Shown here: positions 8,967 to 18,360 of the stretch, in pieces
How the letters are laid out: each line of letters starts with the position of its first letter
How positions within the stretch are numbered: the first letter of the stretch is position 1
From: Acidimicrobiaceae bacterium
GTDB lineage: Bacteria; Actinomycetota; Acidimicrobiia; Acidimicrobiales; JACDCH01
Assembly: GCA_041166745.1 (NCBI GenBank)
Contig: JBEEGH010000006.1
Location: forward strand, 34,033-98,032
DNA: 64,000 nt
Direction of reading: 5' to 3'
Notes under the pieces: generated by a model
Database searches by the model: none
What the model saw: the letters and a program-made list of their open reading frames with translations, nothing else
Told to the model about the DNA's origin: nothing
Position numbers and translations under genes: made by a program

Positions 8967-9944
8967 TCAGCTCCAAAAGCGCAGGCTGGGCGACCGTCGT
9001 AAGATCCGCCGCCATGAAGAAGCTGCTCCTCCTCCTCGCACTCGTCGCACTGGTTGCTGTTGCCGCCAAGAAGGTGCGGACCGCTTAATCGAGTTCACCA
9101 CACCAACGGCTTTGGCCACCGGCGTCGACGGCGCTTTGTGTTCGGGCTCGCGGTGCAACCACCACCAAACGCCACCACCGATCGCCGCAGCCGCGGCGAC
9201 CGATCCCGCGGCCGTGGTGGAGCGGGCGGTCGGCATCGGCACCCGGTCTCGTAGCCGAACCTTGCGAGTGAACGTCTTGACTTCCCACCCGAACTCCTCC
9301 GCGGCCCGCGCCAACTCGCGGTCAGGGTTCACGGCGACCGGATGGCCGACGCACTCGAGCATCGGGATGTCCGTCGCCGAGTCGCTGTACGCGTAGGAGT
9401 GCAACAGGTCGATGTCTTGCTCTTCGGCGATCGCGTGCATCGCTTGGGCCTTGTTCGGCCCGTAGCAGTAGAACTCCGTTGTGCCGGTGTAGCGACCGTC
9501 CTCGTCGATCGTGCTGCGGGTAGCGAGGTACGCGTCGACGCCGAGGTAACGGCTCAACGGCGCCACGATCTCCTCGGGTGACGCCGACACGATGAACACC
9601 TTCCGCCCGGCGGCCTTGTGCTCGTTGATGAGATCGAGCGCTTCGTCGTACACGATCGGCTCGACGACTTCTTCGAGTGTCTCCTCGACGATCTCGCGCA
9701 CCTTGGACTGCTCCCAACCCTTGGTGAGCGCGAGCACCGAATCGCGCATGCGCTCGAGCTTCTCCTCGTCGGCCCCCATGTACATGTAGATGAGCTGGCC
9801 GTAGATCGCGCGAGCGAGCACGCGCCGCGAGATCATCCCCTCGCGGTAGAGCGGGCGACCGAAGGCGACCATCGATGCCTTCGCGATCACCGTCTTGTCG
9901 AGGTCGAAGAACGCGGCCTCCATCGATCTGACCATAACGCCCAA
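8967..9944 (-). CDS. HAD-IB family hydrolase (SerB-like) with C-terminal TM segment
   Basis: Motif I FFDLDKTVI, VSASPEE and SDSATDIPML. The Arg-rich last ~40 codons may be over-extension. Start could be 9923. Confidence 0.8.
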   Translation of the reverse strand: MGVMVRSMEAAFFDLDKTVIAKASMVAFGRPLYREGMISRRVLARAIYGQLIYMYMGADEEKLERMRDSVLALTKGWEQSKVREIVEETLEEVVEPIVYDEALDLINEHKAAGRKVFIVSASPEEIVAPLSRYLGVDAYLATRSTIDEDGRYTGTTEFYCYGPNKAQAMHAIAEEQDIDLLHSYAYSDSATDIPMLECVGHPVAVNPDRELARAAEEFGWEVKTFTRKVRLRDRVPMPTARSTTAAGSVAAAAAIGGGVWWWLHREPEHKAPSTPVAKAVGVVNSIKRSAPSWRQQQPVRRVRGGGAASSWRRILRRSPSLRFWS

Positions 9945-10069
9945 AAGTTTCGACGAAACCCTTGTTCAGTGTCGTAGGGGTTACGTAGTGTCAACGATTC
10001 GCGGTGCAGTTCGCCGCTTTCCCCTTCCTTCCCTGTCCGTTCATTCATCGCGGGTTCAGGGAGGGTGGC

Positions 10070-10723
10070 GTGCTGGTGTGTTGTTGGTCGGCCAAAGGGG
10101 GCGCGGGCACCACCGTCGTGGCGGTCGCTCTTGCGTTGGTGATGGCGCGCACCGCGCCCGCAGGTGCGTTGCTCGTCGATCTCGCCGGCGATGCGCCGGC
10201 GGTAGCAGGGTTGCCAGACGATCCCGAGACGGCCGGGGTCAGCGATTGGCTACGCGAGGGTCCGCTCGTTCCGGCCGACGGATTGGCTCGTCTCGAGATC
10301 ATCGTCGGTCACGGGCTGTCGCTGTTGCCGCGTGGTCACGGGCCACTGGCGAGCGAGCGCGGGCACGCACTCGCGGCGTTGCTGTCCGCCGACCCGAGGC
10401 CCGTTGTGGTCGACGCCGGCCTCGTGTCGGGCACCGATCTTGGCTCCATCGTCGCCGCATCGGCCTCCGAGTCGCTGCTCGTCACGCGGCCGTGCTTCCT
10501 CGCGCTGCGGCGCGCCTTGGTTGCGCCCGTTCGCCCATCGGCGGTCGTGTTGGTCGTCGAAGAGGGGCGAGCGCTCACAGCGTCTGACGTCGAAGCGGCT
10601 CTCGGCGTGCCGGTGCGAGCCGAAGTGTCCGTCACCGCGCAAGTGGCGCGGGCGGTCGACGCGGGCGTGCTCATGGCCCGGTTGCCCCGCTCGCTGGAGC
10701 GCGAGTTGCGTCATGCGGCTTGA
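10070..10723 (+). CDS. Ssd/TadZ-like ParA/MinD-family ATPase of the tad locus
   Basis: Deviant Walker A WSAKGGAGTTVVAV. GTG 10070 follows GGGAGGG. Its stop overlaps the tadA start region. Confidence 0.65.
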   Translation: MLVCCWSAKGGAGTTVVAVALALVMARTAPAGALLVDLAGDAPAVAGLPDDPETAGVSDWLREGPLVPADGLARLEIIVGHGLSLLPRGHGPLASERGHALAALLSADPRPVVVDAGLVSGTDLGSIVAASASESLLVTRPCFLALRRALVAPVRPSAVVLVVEEGRALTASDVEAALGVPVRAEVSVTAQVARAVDAGVLMARLPRSLERELRHAA

Positions 10724-11825
10724 CGAGCAGGTGGCCGCGCTGGTCGACGCTGTCCACGACGAGGTCGTCGACCAAGCCGACAGCGGGCGCGCCGCCGTCG
10801 CGCAGTTGGCCCGCGCTCATGCCCCACTGGCCGCCGCCGAGGTCGTCGATGCGATCGTCGAACGCGTACTGGCGCGAACCGTCGGCCTCGGGCCGCTCGA
10901 GCCGCTCTTGGCCGACGCCGACATCACCGAAGTCATGGTCAACGGCCCCGGTGCCGTATGGATCGAGCGGCGGGGAGCGGTCGAGAGCACCGACGTGACC
11001 CTCGATCGCGCCGGCATCGAGTTGCTGGTCGAACGCATCGTTGCGCCGCTCGGATTGCGCGCCGATCGCACGAGCCCACTCGTCGACGCCCGCCTGCCCG
11101 ACGGCTCGCGCGTCAACGTGATCATCCCTCCGCTGGCCATCGACGGCCCGTGCATCACCATTCGCCGCTTCGGCGCGCGGGCCATTCCCTTGAGCGACCT
11201 GTGCCCGCCCGACGTCGCGGCGTTCCTGAGGCGAGCGGTGCTCGAGCGCGCCAACATCATCGTGAGCGGCGGCACCGGCGCAGGCAAGACCACGTTGTTG
11301 AACGCACTGGCGGCCGCGATTCCCGACGGTGAGCGCATCGTGACCGTCGAAGACGCGGCCGAGCTTCGCCTGCCCGGTCGTCACGTCGTGCGGCTCGAAG
11401 CACGGCCGGCCAATGCCGACGGCGTGGGTGCGGTCACGGTGCGGGCGCTCGTCCGCAACGCGTTGCGTATGCGACCCGATCGCATCATCGTGGGAGAAGT
11501 ACGCGGCCCCGAGTCGCTCGACATGTTGCAGGCCATGAACACCGGGCACGAGGGCTCGTTGTCGACGTGTCACGCCAACGCGCCCGTCGACGCGCTGCGC
11601 CGAGTCGAGACGATGGTGATGATGGGCGATGTCGGCCTCCCGCTCGGCGCGATCCGCGAACAGTTGGTGTCGGCGCTGGATCTCGTCGTGCATGTGGCGC
11701 GGCAGCCAGATGGAGATCGCGGCATTGTCGCCGTCGCGGAAGTCACGAGCGACAGCCGGCGCGTTCGTTTGCTGGCCGACGCACATCAGGTCGTGGCGAC
11801 TCCCGAGCGACAGGCGCGCCGATGA
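10713..11825 (+). CDS. tadA: Tad/Flp pilus secretion ATPase TadA/CpaF
   Basis: Walker [15 protein letters not shown]; [21 protein letters not shown] and [12 protein letters not shown] motifs of the VirB11/CpaF family. Confidence 0.9.
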   Translation: MRLDEQVAALVDAVHDEVVDQADSGRAAVAQLARAHAPLAAAEVVDAIVERVLARTVGLGPLEPLLADADITEVMVNGPGAVWIERRGAVESTDVTLDRAGIELLVERIVAPLGLRADRTSPLVDARLPDGSRVNVIIPPLAIDGPCITIRRFGARAIPLSDLCPPDVAAFLRRAVLERANIIVSGGTGAGKTTLLNALAAAIPDGERIVTVEDAAELRLPGRHVVRLEARPANADGVGAVTVRALVRNALRMRPDRIIVGEVRGPESLDMLQAMNTGHEGSLSTCHANAPVDALRRVETMVMMGDVGLPLGAIREQLVSALDLVVHVARQPDGDRGIVAVAEVTSDSRRVRLLADAHQVVATPERQARR

Positions 11826-12901
11826 ATGCCACCCGTCGTCGCGTCGAGCGAGAGCTCGTTCCGCAGCGCGAACGCATGGTCGTGAGATGGCCCACGTTCG
11901 TGCAGCCCGCAGTGCGCGTCGACATGGCCTTGCCAGAGACCCTCGAGTCGATGGCGCGCTCGTTGCGGTCAGGGTCATCGCTGCGGCTGGCCATCGCCGA
12001 GGCGAGCGCGTCCGCACCCGCGCCGCTGGGTGATGGGCTGGCCGGCGTCGCCGACGTCGCGGGCCGCGGACGTCCGTTGACCGCGGCGATCGATCAATGG
12101 AGCGCGAGCGCACCAGGTGACGGCGTCCCGCTGGCGGCGGCGGCGCTTGGTCTCGCAGCCGACCTCGGAGGTGCCGCGGCGCGATCACTCGATGGGGTCG
12201 CCGACACGTTGCGCGACCGCAACAGCGTGCGCCGCGAGGTGCGAGCGCTGTCGGCCCAGGCGCGTGCGTCGGCCGCCGTCATCGGGGGCGCGCCGATCGT
12301 GTTCCTCCTGCTCGTGGCCGCCGCCGACCCAGGGGCGATCGCGTTTCTCATCCGATCACCCATCGGATGGCTGTGCCTCATGTCCGGACTGGGGCTCGAC
12401 GCGCTGGGTGGGTGGTGGATGCGGCGCATCGTCGCCAGAGCCGGAATCGACCGCGACGCGGTGGCCGCGCAACAGGCCGACGTGATCGACCTGTTCGTTC
12501 TCGCCTTCGGCGCAGGGCTCAACCTCCGGCTGGCGCTCGCCGCGGTCGCTCATCGCGCGCCGTCGGCGTGGGCGCCGTCGCTCGGCGACGTCGTCGACCA
12601 AGTCGACCGCGGCCAACGTGCCGCCGATGCACTCGACGCGCTTCCGGTCACGCTCGGCGAACCAGCTCGTCCGCTGGTGCGTGTGTTGGCCGGCGCGGAG
12701 CGGTACGGCACGCCCTTGCTGCCCGCTCTCGATCGGCTCGCGCTCGACGCGCGCCTTGATCGCCGGCGACGCGCCGAGGAGGCCGCTCGGCGCGTCCCGG
12801 TGAAGTTGCTGTTCCCCTTGGTGCTGTGTGTGCTCCCCGCGTTCGGGTTGCTCACCGTCGCACCGCTTCTCGCCGGCGCTCTCGAGTCGCTGCGCCTCTA
12901 A
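11822..12901 (+). CDS. Type II secretion system F-family membrane protein, apparent TadB-TadC fusion
   Basis: ATG 11822 overlaps the tadA stop. A single 359-aa frame holds two T2SSF-like halves, each with cytoplasmic helices followed by a TM pair. No in-frame stop between them. Confidence 0.7.
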   Translation: MNATRRRVERELVPQRERMVVRWPTFVQPAVRVDMALPETLESMARSLRSGSSLRLAIAEASASAPAPLGDGLAGVADVAGRGRPLTAAIDQWSASAPGDGVPLAAAALGLAADLGGAAARSLDGVADTLRDRNSVRREVRALSAQARASAAVIGGAPIVFLLLVAAADPGAIAFLIRSPIGWLCLMSGLGLDALGGWWMRRIVARAGIDRDAVAAQQADVIDLFVLAFGAGLNLRLALAAVAHRAPSAWAPSLGDVVDQVDRGQRAADALDALPVTLGEPARPLVRVLAGAERYGTPLLPALDRLALDARLDRRRRAEEAARRVPVKLLFPLVLCVLPAFGLLTVAPLLAGALESLRL

Positions 12902-12974
12902 ACCCGTTCTCGACGCAACTGGGCATCGCTCAGCGATGCGTACTGCGTCGAGTTTCAGCGAAAGCGAGTTTTCG

Positions 12975-13184
12975 ATGCTGCATCTCTACGTGGCCGCCTA
13001 TGCGGCGGCCGTTTCCGCTTCACCTCGCGCCCGTGGCGACCGCGGTCAGGCCACTGCGGAGTACGCCCTCGTGCTGCTCGGCGCGGCTGCCGTGGCGCTG
13101 CTGCTCGTCGCCTGGGCGATGAAGTCCGGCAAGGTCACCGCTCTGCTCGACGGCGTGATCGACAAGATCCTGTCGCAGCTGTGA
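12975..13184 (+). CDS. Flp-like prepilin (DUF4244-type, Rv3656c-like)
   Basis: GQATAEYALVLLGAAAVALLLVAW is a Flp/DUF4244-type processing motif followed by a hydrophobic helix. Start uncertain (12936 or 12975). Confidence 0.6.
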   Translation: MLHLYVAAYAAAVSASPRARGDRGQATAEYALVLLGAAAVALLLVAWAMKSGKVTALLDGVIDKILSQL

Positions 13185-13558
13185 GTCGGCGCCGGTGCGA
13201 GCGCGGCCAAGCCTCCGTCGAGGCCGCGCTCGTACTGCCGCTCGTCGTGATCCTGCTGTTGGCCGTGGTGCAGGTCGGCCTGCTCGTGCGCGCCGAGGTG
13301 CTCGTCACCCACGCCGCCCGCGAGGCTGCACGCGCCGCGGCTGTCGACCCCGACCCGCAGGCCGCGGCTCGGGCCGCGGCGCAGGCGACGACGCTCGATT
13401 CGCACCGGCTGACCGTCAGCGTGCAGGGCCGCAAGGGTCCTGGGAGTCGCGTGCAGGTCGAGGTCACGTACCGCGCGCCGACCGATGTTCCCTTTGTCGG
13501 GGGCCTGCTCGGCGACGTCACGCTGCACGCCAGCGCCACGATGCGAGTCGAGCAGTAG
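13181..13558 (+). CDS. TadE family pseudopilin
   Basis: GQASVEAALVLPLVVILLLAVVQVG TadE N-terminal motif. Its start overlaps the flp-like stop. Confidence 0.75.
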   Translation: MSRRRCERGQASVEAALVLPLVVILLLAVVQVGLLVRAEVLVTHAAREAARAAAVDPDPQAAARAAAQATTLDSHRLTVSVQGRKGPGSRVQVEVTYRAPTDVPFVGGLLGDVTLHASATMRVEQ

Positions 13559-13623
13559 CCGACGCGGAATCGTCCAGCCCGACTCCAAAGCCACCAAACA
13601 GACTCGCTAACGTTGTCGAGCCC

Positions 13624-14463
13624 ATGATCGTCGCTGCGCTCGCCGCCGGTTTTCTCATCGTCGCCCTCGTGGCTTGGCAATCCGCACTGCTCACCGTGGC
13701 CAAGCGCCGGCAGCCCGCTCCAACCGTTCTTCCGGAACGGCCGCGCATTCCGTTCCGCAAAGACCCTCAGGGTTGGATGGTCGATGTCCTGCGTCGTCGC
13801 AAAGGGCTGCGACTGTCGCTGTCGCTCGGTTCGCTCGTGGCGTTCCTGTTCGCGGTCGGGGTCATCGGCTACCCCTTCTACACAAACCTGGTCCAGAGCC
13901 GAATCCAGCAACAGCTCGACCGGCAGTTCGCCAGCCCTGAGCTCAAGCAGGCGTATCTCGAACACCGCTTGCAGGAAGGCGACAGCCTCACCCGCATCAA
14001 GATCCCGGCGATCGACGTCGACGTGGTCGTTGTGGAAGGCACCGGCGCAGACGCGTTGCGCGCGGGCGCGGGCCACTACCGCGAGACCGCTTTGCCGTGC
14101 GAGGACGGAACGGTCGGCATCGCCGGCCACCGCACCACGTACGGTCGACCGTTCGCCAACATCGATCTCCTGAAACCGGGCGACACCATCACGCTCGAGA
14201 CGCCGATCGGTTCCTGTACTTATCAGGTGCTGCCGCCGCCACCGAAACGCAAGGCGGCCGACAGCAACGGGGCCGCGTTCATCATCCAACCCAACGAGAT
14301 CTTCGTGATCGCAGGGCCAACCGTCGCTCGTGCCGGTGAGAGTCCGCCCCCGGCTGCGCTGCTCACGTTGACGACGTGTCATCCGAAGGGTTCCGCCGCG
14401 CAGCGCCTCGTCGTGCAGGCCGTGCTCGTGACCGGTCCAGCACCCCCACAACCCGGAGCATGA
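13624..14463 (+). CDS. Class E-type sortase
   Basis: Catalytic motifs IAGHRTTYG, LTLTTCHP and the downstream Arg (RLVVQA). N-terminal TM segments. Confidence 0.8.
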   Translation: MIVAALAAGFLIVALVAWQSALLTVAKRRQPAPTVLPERPRIPFRKDPQGWMVDVLRRRKGLRLSLSLGSLVAFLFAVGVIGYPFYTNLVQSRIQQQLDRQFASPELKQAYLEHRLQEGDSLTRIKIPAIDVDVVVVEGTGADALRAGAGHYRETALPCEDGTVGIAGHRTTYGRPFANIDLLKPGDTITLETPIGSCTYQVLPPPPKRKAADSNGAAFIIQPNEIFVIAGPTVARAGESPPPAALLTLTTCHPKGSAAQRLVVQAVLVTGPAPPQPGA

Positions 14464-15977
14464 CCGCGGGCGCTCGGCGCGGGCGAGCCCAGGCCGCGTC
14501 CGCGCTCGCGAGCGCCTTCGTGACGGGCCTTGCCATCGCGTTCATGGGATTGATCTGGTCGGCACCGAGCCGCGCGCAAACGATCCCCTGCGCGCCCCTG
14601 CCGTGCGACTCGACGACGACCACACTCGACACGACGACCACGCTCGACGCCACGTCGACGACCACCACACCCGGGTGGGAAGGATCGCGGTGGACCGGTC
14701 CCACCGCGAATGGCGAGACAGTCACCGACGGAACCTTCAGCGGCACGTTCGTTCATGCCTCACCGACGCCCGCCGTCACCAGCGTTGACCTCACCGTGTC
14801 GTACACGCCCGGCGACGTTCACGCGAGCGCGTGCGGAAGCGGCCCTGGAAAACAGGCGCAGCACACCGCACCGACGACGTCGACCCCGTCGGGATCGGAC
14901 TCGACGACGATGAACTTTCTGTTCGAAGTGGCGTTCACGTGCAACGGCATCTACGACGCGACCGCGACAGGAACGCTGGAGAACGACCTCGACAGCTACG
15001 ACCTGACGTTGAAGGTCCTGCACGTCGCAGTTCCGCCCCAGTCCCCGCTCTCCTTTCTCGCCACCGACAACGGCAACCGAACGGTGACGCTCACCTGGCA
15101 ACCGCCGAAGAGCGCGCCGCCCGACCTCATCGGCTACCGGCTGAGCCGGCGCGACCCCTCCGGGCAGGACTTCTACGGAGCCGCAGACGTCGCGCCAAAC
15201 GTCTTCTCCTACACCGACACGAACATCCCGGCCAACGGGGGCTCGTACTTCTACAAGGTCGAGACGTTGCGGAAGTCGCCGAACGGCACGCTCCTCTCCA
15301 ACCCCGTGGTCACGAGCGAGGCACTGGTCGTCGGAGGCGGATCGGACGGAGGCGGTGGCGGCGGCAGTGTGGGTGGTGTGCCGGCGCCCCGAACCGGTGG
15401 TGGCGGCGACCAGCACTTCGACGTGCCGTCCACACTGGCGGCCGACGAAGGCGAGCCTGGTGCCGGCGACTTCGCCTTGCCGGGCGCGGGCACGATCCAA
15501 CGCTTCGCGGGCCGCGACGGCGCGGGACTGCTCAAGCCGTTCGCGGCGGCGCTCGATCTTGCGGTGTGGGCCGGGTTGTTGCTCTTCCTGACGCGCCGAG
15601 CGGCGCGCGCGGAACGGGAAGCCGAGCTAGCGGTCGAGCTGGAGCACCCGCCGCAGCACCGCGGCGGCGCCGACCTTGTCGAGGGGCTCGTTCCAGTTGC
15701 CGCACTTGGGCGATTGCACGCACGAGGGGCACCCGTCGGTGCACCCGCAGCCATCGATCACCTCGAGCGTGGTGGCGAGATGGCGATCGGCTACGTCGTA
15801 GCCGAGCTCGGCGATGCCCGCCCCGCCGGGATAGCCGTCGTAGATGAGGATCGTTGGCTGGCCGGTGTCGGCCTGGAGCACGGTGGATACGCCGCCGACG
15901 TCCCAACGGTCGCAGATGGTGAACAGGGGCAGGATGCCAATCGCCGCGTGCTCTATCGCATGAAGCGTGCCCGCTGA
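14460..15977 (+). CDS. Secreted/surface protein with Thr-rich linker, FN3-like domain, Gly-rich region and C-terminal TM; 3' end uncertain
   Basis: ATG 14460 overlaps the sortase stop. Signal-like N-terminus; VTLTWQPPKSAPPDLIGYRLSRR...YFYKVE is an FN3 pattern; TM LDLAVWAGLLLFL followed by RRAARAERE. The last ~117 codons run antisense through the helicase 3' end. Confidence 0.55.
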   Translation: MTAGARRGRAQAASALASAFVTGLAIAFMGLIWSAPSRAQTIPCAPLPCDSTTTTLDTTTTLDATSTTTTPGWEGSRWTGPTANGETVTDGTFSGTFVHASPTPAVTSVDLTVSYTPGDVHASACGSGPGKQAQHTAPTTSTPSGSDSTTMNFLFEVAFTCNGIYDATATGTLENDLDSYDLTLKVLHVAVPPQSPLSFLATDNGNRTVTLTWQPPKSAPPDLIGYRLSRRDPSGQDFYGAADVAPNVFSYTDTNIPANGGSYFYKVETLRKSPNGTLLSNPVVTSEALVVGGGSDGGGGGGSVGGVPAPRTGGGGDQHFDVPSTLAADEGEPGAGDFALPGAGTIQRFAGRDGAGLLKPFAAALDLAVWAGLLLFLTRRAARAEREAELAVELEHPPQHRGGADLVEGLVPVAALGRLHARGAPVGAPAAIDHLERGGEMAIGYVVAELGDARPAGIAVVDEDRWLAGVGLEHGGYAADVPTVADGEQGQDANRRVLYRMKRAR

Positions 15978-17915
15978 TCGAGCTGACATGACGCCCGCGG
16001 CGGCGAGCTCGCGCGCGTCGATCGTGTACCAGACGCCCCGTGTGACGAGCCGCGAGGGCGGAAGCTCGAGCATTTCGGTGCCGAGCACCTCGCCCGACGT
16101 CGCGTCCTTGCGTTGGTAACCGGTCACCTGCGAGGCCACCTCGATCGAGCCGAGATGCAACTGAGCGCGGCCCACCGCTCGCGAGCGATCGACCCCGAGC
16201 ACGCGCATCGACATGTCGGTACGGGCCACGGTGTATTCGCGACCGTCGCAGGGCTCGACGTGCGCGAGATGCTCGTCGAGGTCGAGCGCGCGGACGCGGT
16301 ACGTCGTGCCTTGATGCAGGTACACGGCGCCCGGATGCACGAGATCGAACGCCCGGCCTTCGTCGACCGTGCCCACCAACGAGTCGTCGGCGCGCACGAT
16401 GCGGTATTCGGTGGACGATCCAGAGCGCAGACCGATGCCGTGCGCGGGAAAGCCGCGCGCCGCCCACACGGCCGACACGGACCGCCGCCGGGAGGTGGGT
16501 GGGCGGATCTTCAGACGGTCGTCGTGCACCATCGCCCGCACGCCGTCGTCGAGCAACTCGGGCCACCACCGTTCGTCGGCGGGGGTGAGGGGCAGCTCGA
16601 ACGCGGCGCAACCGAGGTGGGGGTGCAGGATGAAGGGGTTGGCGGGGTTGATCACCGCGGGCTCGGCCGGGCGGGTGAACACCTCGGTGGGGTGGGCCAT
16701 CAGCCACTGGTCGAGCTGATCCTCGCCGGCGACGAGCACCGAGAGCGACAACTGGCAGGCCCGACCCGCCCGGCCCATCTGCTGCCACATCGACGCGATC
16801 GTGCCGGGGAAACCGTCGAGCACGCACGCGTCGAGTCCGCCGATGTCGACACCCAGCTCGAGGGCGGTGGTGGCGATCACGCCCTGCACGTTCCCGTTGA
16901 ACAACTCGTTCTCGATCTCACGGCGCTCTTCGGGCAGATAGCCGCCGCGATACGGGCGAACGCGATCGGCCAGCTCGGGAGGCAGGCGCCGGCGGACGTC
17001 GGCGGCGACGACTTCGGTGCCACGACGGCTGCGGCAGAACCCGATCGACTTGTGTCCGCCGCTGATGAGGCTCGTCAGCACCGACGCGGTCTCCGAGTGC
17101 GACGACACCCGAGTGCGACTCCACGTCTCGTCGAGCAGCGGCGGATTGCACAGCGCCACGAGGCGCTTGCCGCGCGGCGAGCCGTCGTCGGTGACGGCAT
17201 CGACGGGCCCGGCCCACAACGCCGAGGCCAGCTCGGCGGGTGCGCCGAGCGTGGCCGAGCAGGCCACGAAAGAAGGACGGGCCGCGTAGGACGCGCTGAC
17301 GCGTCGTAACCGGCGCAACACGTGGGCGACGTGCGTACCGAACACGCCGCGGAACGCGTGCAACTCGTCGAGCACCACGTAGCGCAGGCGCATGAGGAAC
17401 GTGGCCCACCTCGCGTGATGCGGAAGCACGCCGTAATGCAGCATCTCCGGATTGGTCAGCACCACGTTGGCGTTGCGGCGCACCCACGTGCGCTCCTCGG
17501 GCGTGCAGTCGCCGTCGTAGGCCGCGGCAACGAGACCAGGGATCTCGAGGTCGGTGATCGCTCGCAACTGATCGCGGGCGAGCGCCTTTGTCGGGAACAC
17601 GAGCAGCGCGGTGCCCGGCCTGATCGGATCGCTGACCGTTTCGGCCACTGGCGCCTGGAAGCACAGCGACTTGCCCGAAGCCGTTCCTGTCGCGATGGCG
17701 ACGCTGCGACCGGCGCGCACGAGATCAATGGCCTCCGCTTGATGCGACCAGAACGCATCGACACCGAGCCGGTCGCGCACCTCGACGGGGAGAGGAGTGG
17801 TCAGTTCCGCGTACCGCGCCGCTCGCGCCTCGATGCGCTGAACGTGGACGAGGCTGCCGTCGGCCGCGAGGTCGGCGAGCACTCCATCGATCCGTGGAAG
17901 CTCGAGAACAGCCAT
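15627..17915 (-). CDS. DEAD/DEAH-box helicase with C-terminal DUF1998 zinc module (MrfA/YprA / Rv3649-like)
   Basis: Walker A TGTASGKS, VLDELH box, helicase C motifs, and C-terminal CGCTDGCPSCVQSPKCGNWNEPLDK four-Cys motif. Confidence 0.9.
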   Translation of the reverse strand: MAVLELPRIDGVLADLAADGSLVHVQRIEARAARYAELTTPLPVEVRDRLGVDAFWSHQAEAIDLVRAGRSVAIATGTASGKSLCFQAPVAETVSDPIRPGTALLVFPTKALARDQLRAITDLEIPGLVAAAYDGDCTPEERTWVRRNANVVLTNPEMLHYGVLPHHARWATFLMRLRYVVLDELHAFRGVFGTHVAHVLRRLRRVSASYAARPSFVACSATLGAPAELASALWAGPVDAVTDDGSPRGKRLVALCNPPLLDETWSRTRVSSHSETASVLTSLISGGHKSIGFCRSRRGTEVVAADVRRRLPPELADRVRPYRGGYLPEERREIENELFNGNVQGVIATTALELGVDIGGLDACVLDGFPGTIASMWQQMGRAGRACQLSLSVLVAGEDQLDQWLMAHPTEVFTRPAEPAVINPANPFILHPHLGCAAFELPLTPADERWWPELLDDGVRAMVHDDRLKIRPPTSRRRSVSAVWAARGFPAHGIGLRSGSSTEYRIVRADDSLVGTVDEGRAFDLVHPGAVYLHQGTTYRVRALDLDEHLAHVEPCDGREYTVARTDMSMRVLGVDRSRAVGRAQLHLGSIEVASQVTGYQRKDATSGEVLGTEMLELPPSRLVTRGVWYTIDARELAAAGVMSARSAGTLHAIEHAAIGILPLFTICDRWDVGGVSTVLQADTGQPTILIYDGYPGGAGIAELGYDVADRHLATTLEVIDGCGCTDGCPSCVQSPKCGNWNEPLDKVGAAAVLRRVLQLDR

Positions 17916-18002
17916 GCCGAATCGAACTGTAGGCGTTTCATCGCTGTAGTTACAGAGGTGTCATAGGACCACCACGCGCACGTCAGGTAGGGTCCATGAG
18001 CC

Positions 18003-18347
18003 ATGGAACTCGGACTTGTCGTGCGTGAGCAGGACGGATGGACCGTTTTGGCGGTCAGCGGTGAGATCGACATCGCGACCGCCCCCAGCCTCCGGGAGCG
18101 CCTCCACGGACTGCTCGCCGAAGACAAGCGCCAGATCGTGGTCGATCTGGACGATGTCGGCTTTCTCGACTCCACGGCCCTGGGCGTCCTGGTCGGCGTG
18201 CTCAAGCGAGCCCGCAGCGAGGATGGCGAGGTCCGCATCGTCTGCACGCAGCCTCGGGTGCGCAAGGTGTTCGAGATCACCCGGCTCGACAGCGCCTTCG
18301 ACCTCTTCGACTCCGTCGACGAGGCCGTCAGGGGTGCGCGGGAGTAA
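18003..18347 (+). CDS. STAS-domain anti-sigma factor antagonist (RsbV/SpoIIAA-like)
   Basis: VLAVSGEIDIATAPSLRERL...VVDLDDVGFLDSTALGVLVG, with the conserved DST phospho-site context. Confidence 0.85.
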   Translation: MELGLVVREQDGWTVLAVSGEIDIATAPSLRERLHGLLAEDKRQIVVDLDDVGFLDSTALGVLVGVLKRARSEDGEVRIVCTQPRVRKVFEITRLDSAFDLFDSVDEAVRGARE

Positions 18348-18360
18348 GAGGCACTCGGGC

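Noticed and set aside
8997-9004. TCGTAAGA upstream of the micro-ORF counted as a fourth copy of the TTTTCGTAAG motif
   Set aside because: It lacks the T-run, sits in a different gene context, and an 8-mer match is weak. It is kept only as a possible -10 box for the micro-ORF.
15469-15483. LPGAG in the FN3 protein as a sortase sorting signal
   Set aside because: Class E sortases are reported to use LAxTG. About 20 residues, including charged ones, separate this motif from the TM helix, which does not fit a canonical cell-wall sorting signal.
17916-18002. CTGTAG...CTGTAGTTACAG repeats between the helicase and the STAS gene considered as a LexA/SOS box
   Set aside because: They do not match the actinobacterial TCGAAC-N4-GTTCGA SOS box. 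The symmetry is short (5-bp arms) and could arise by chance.
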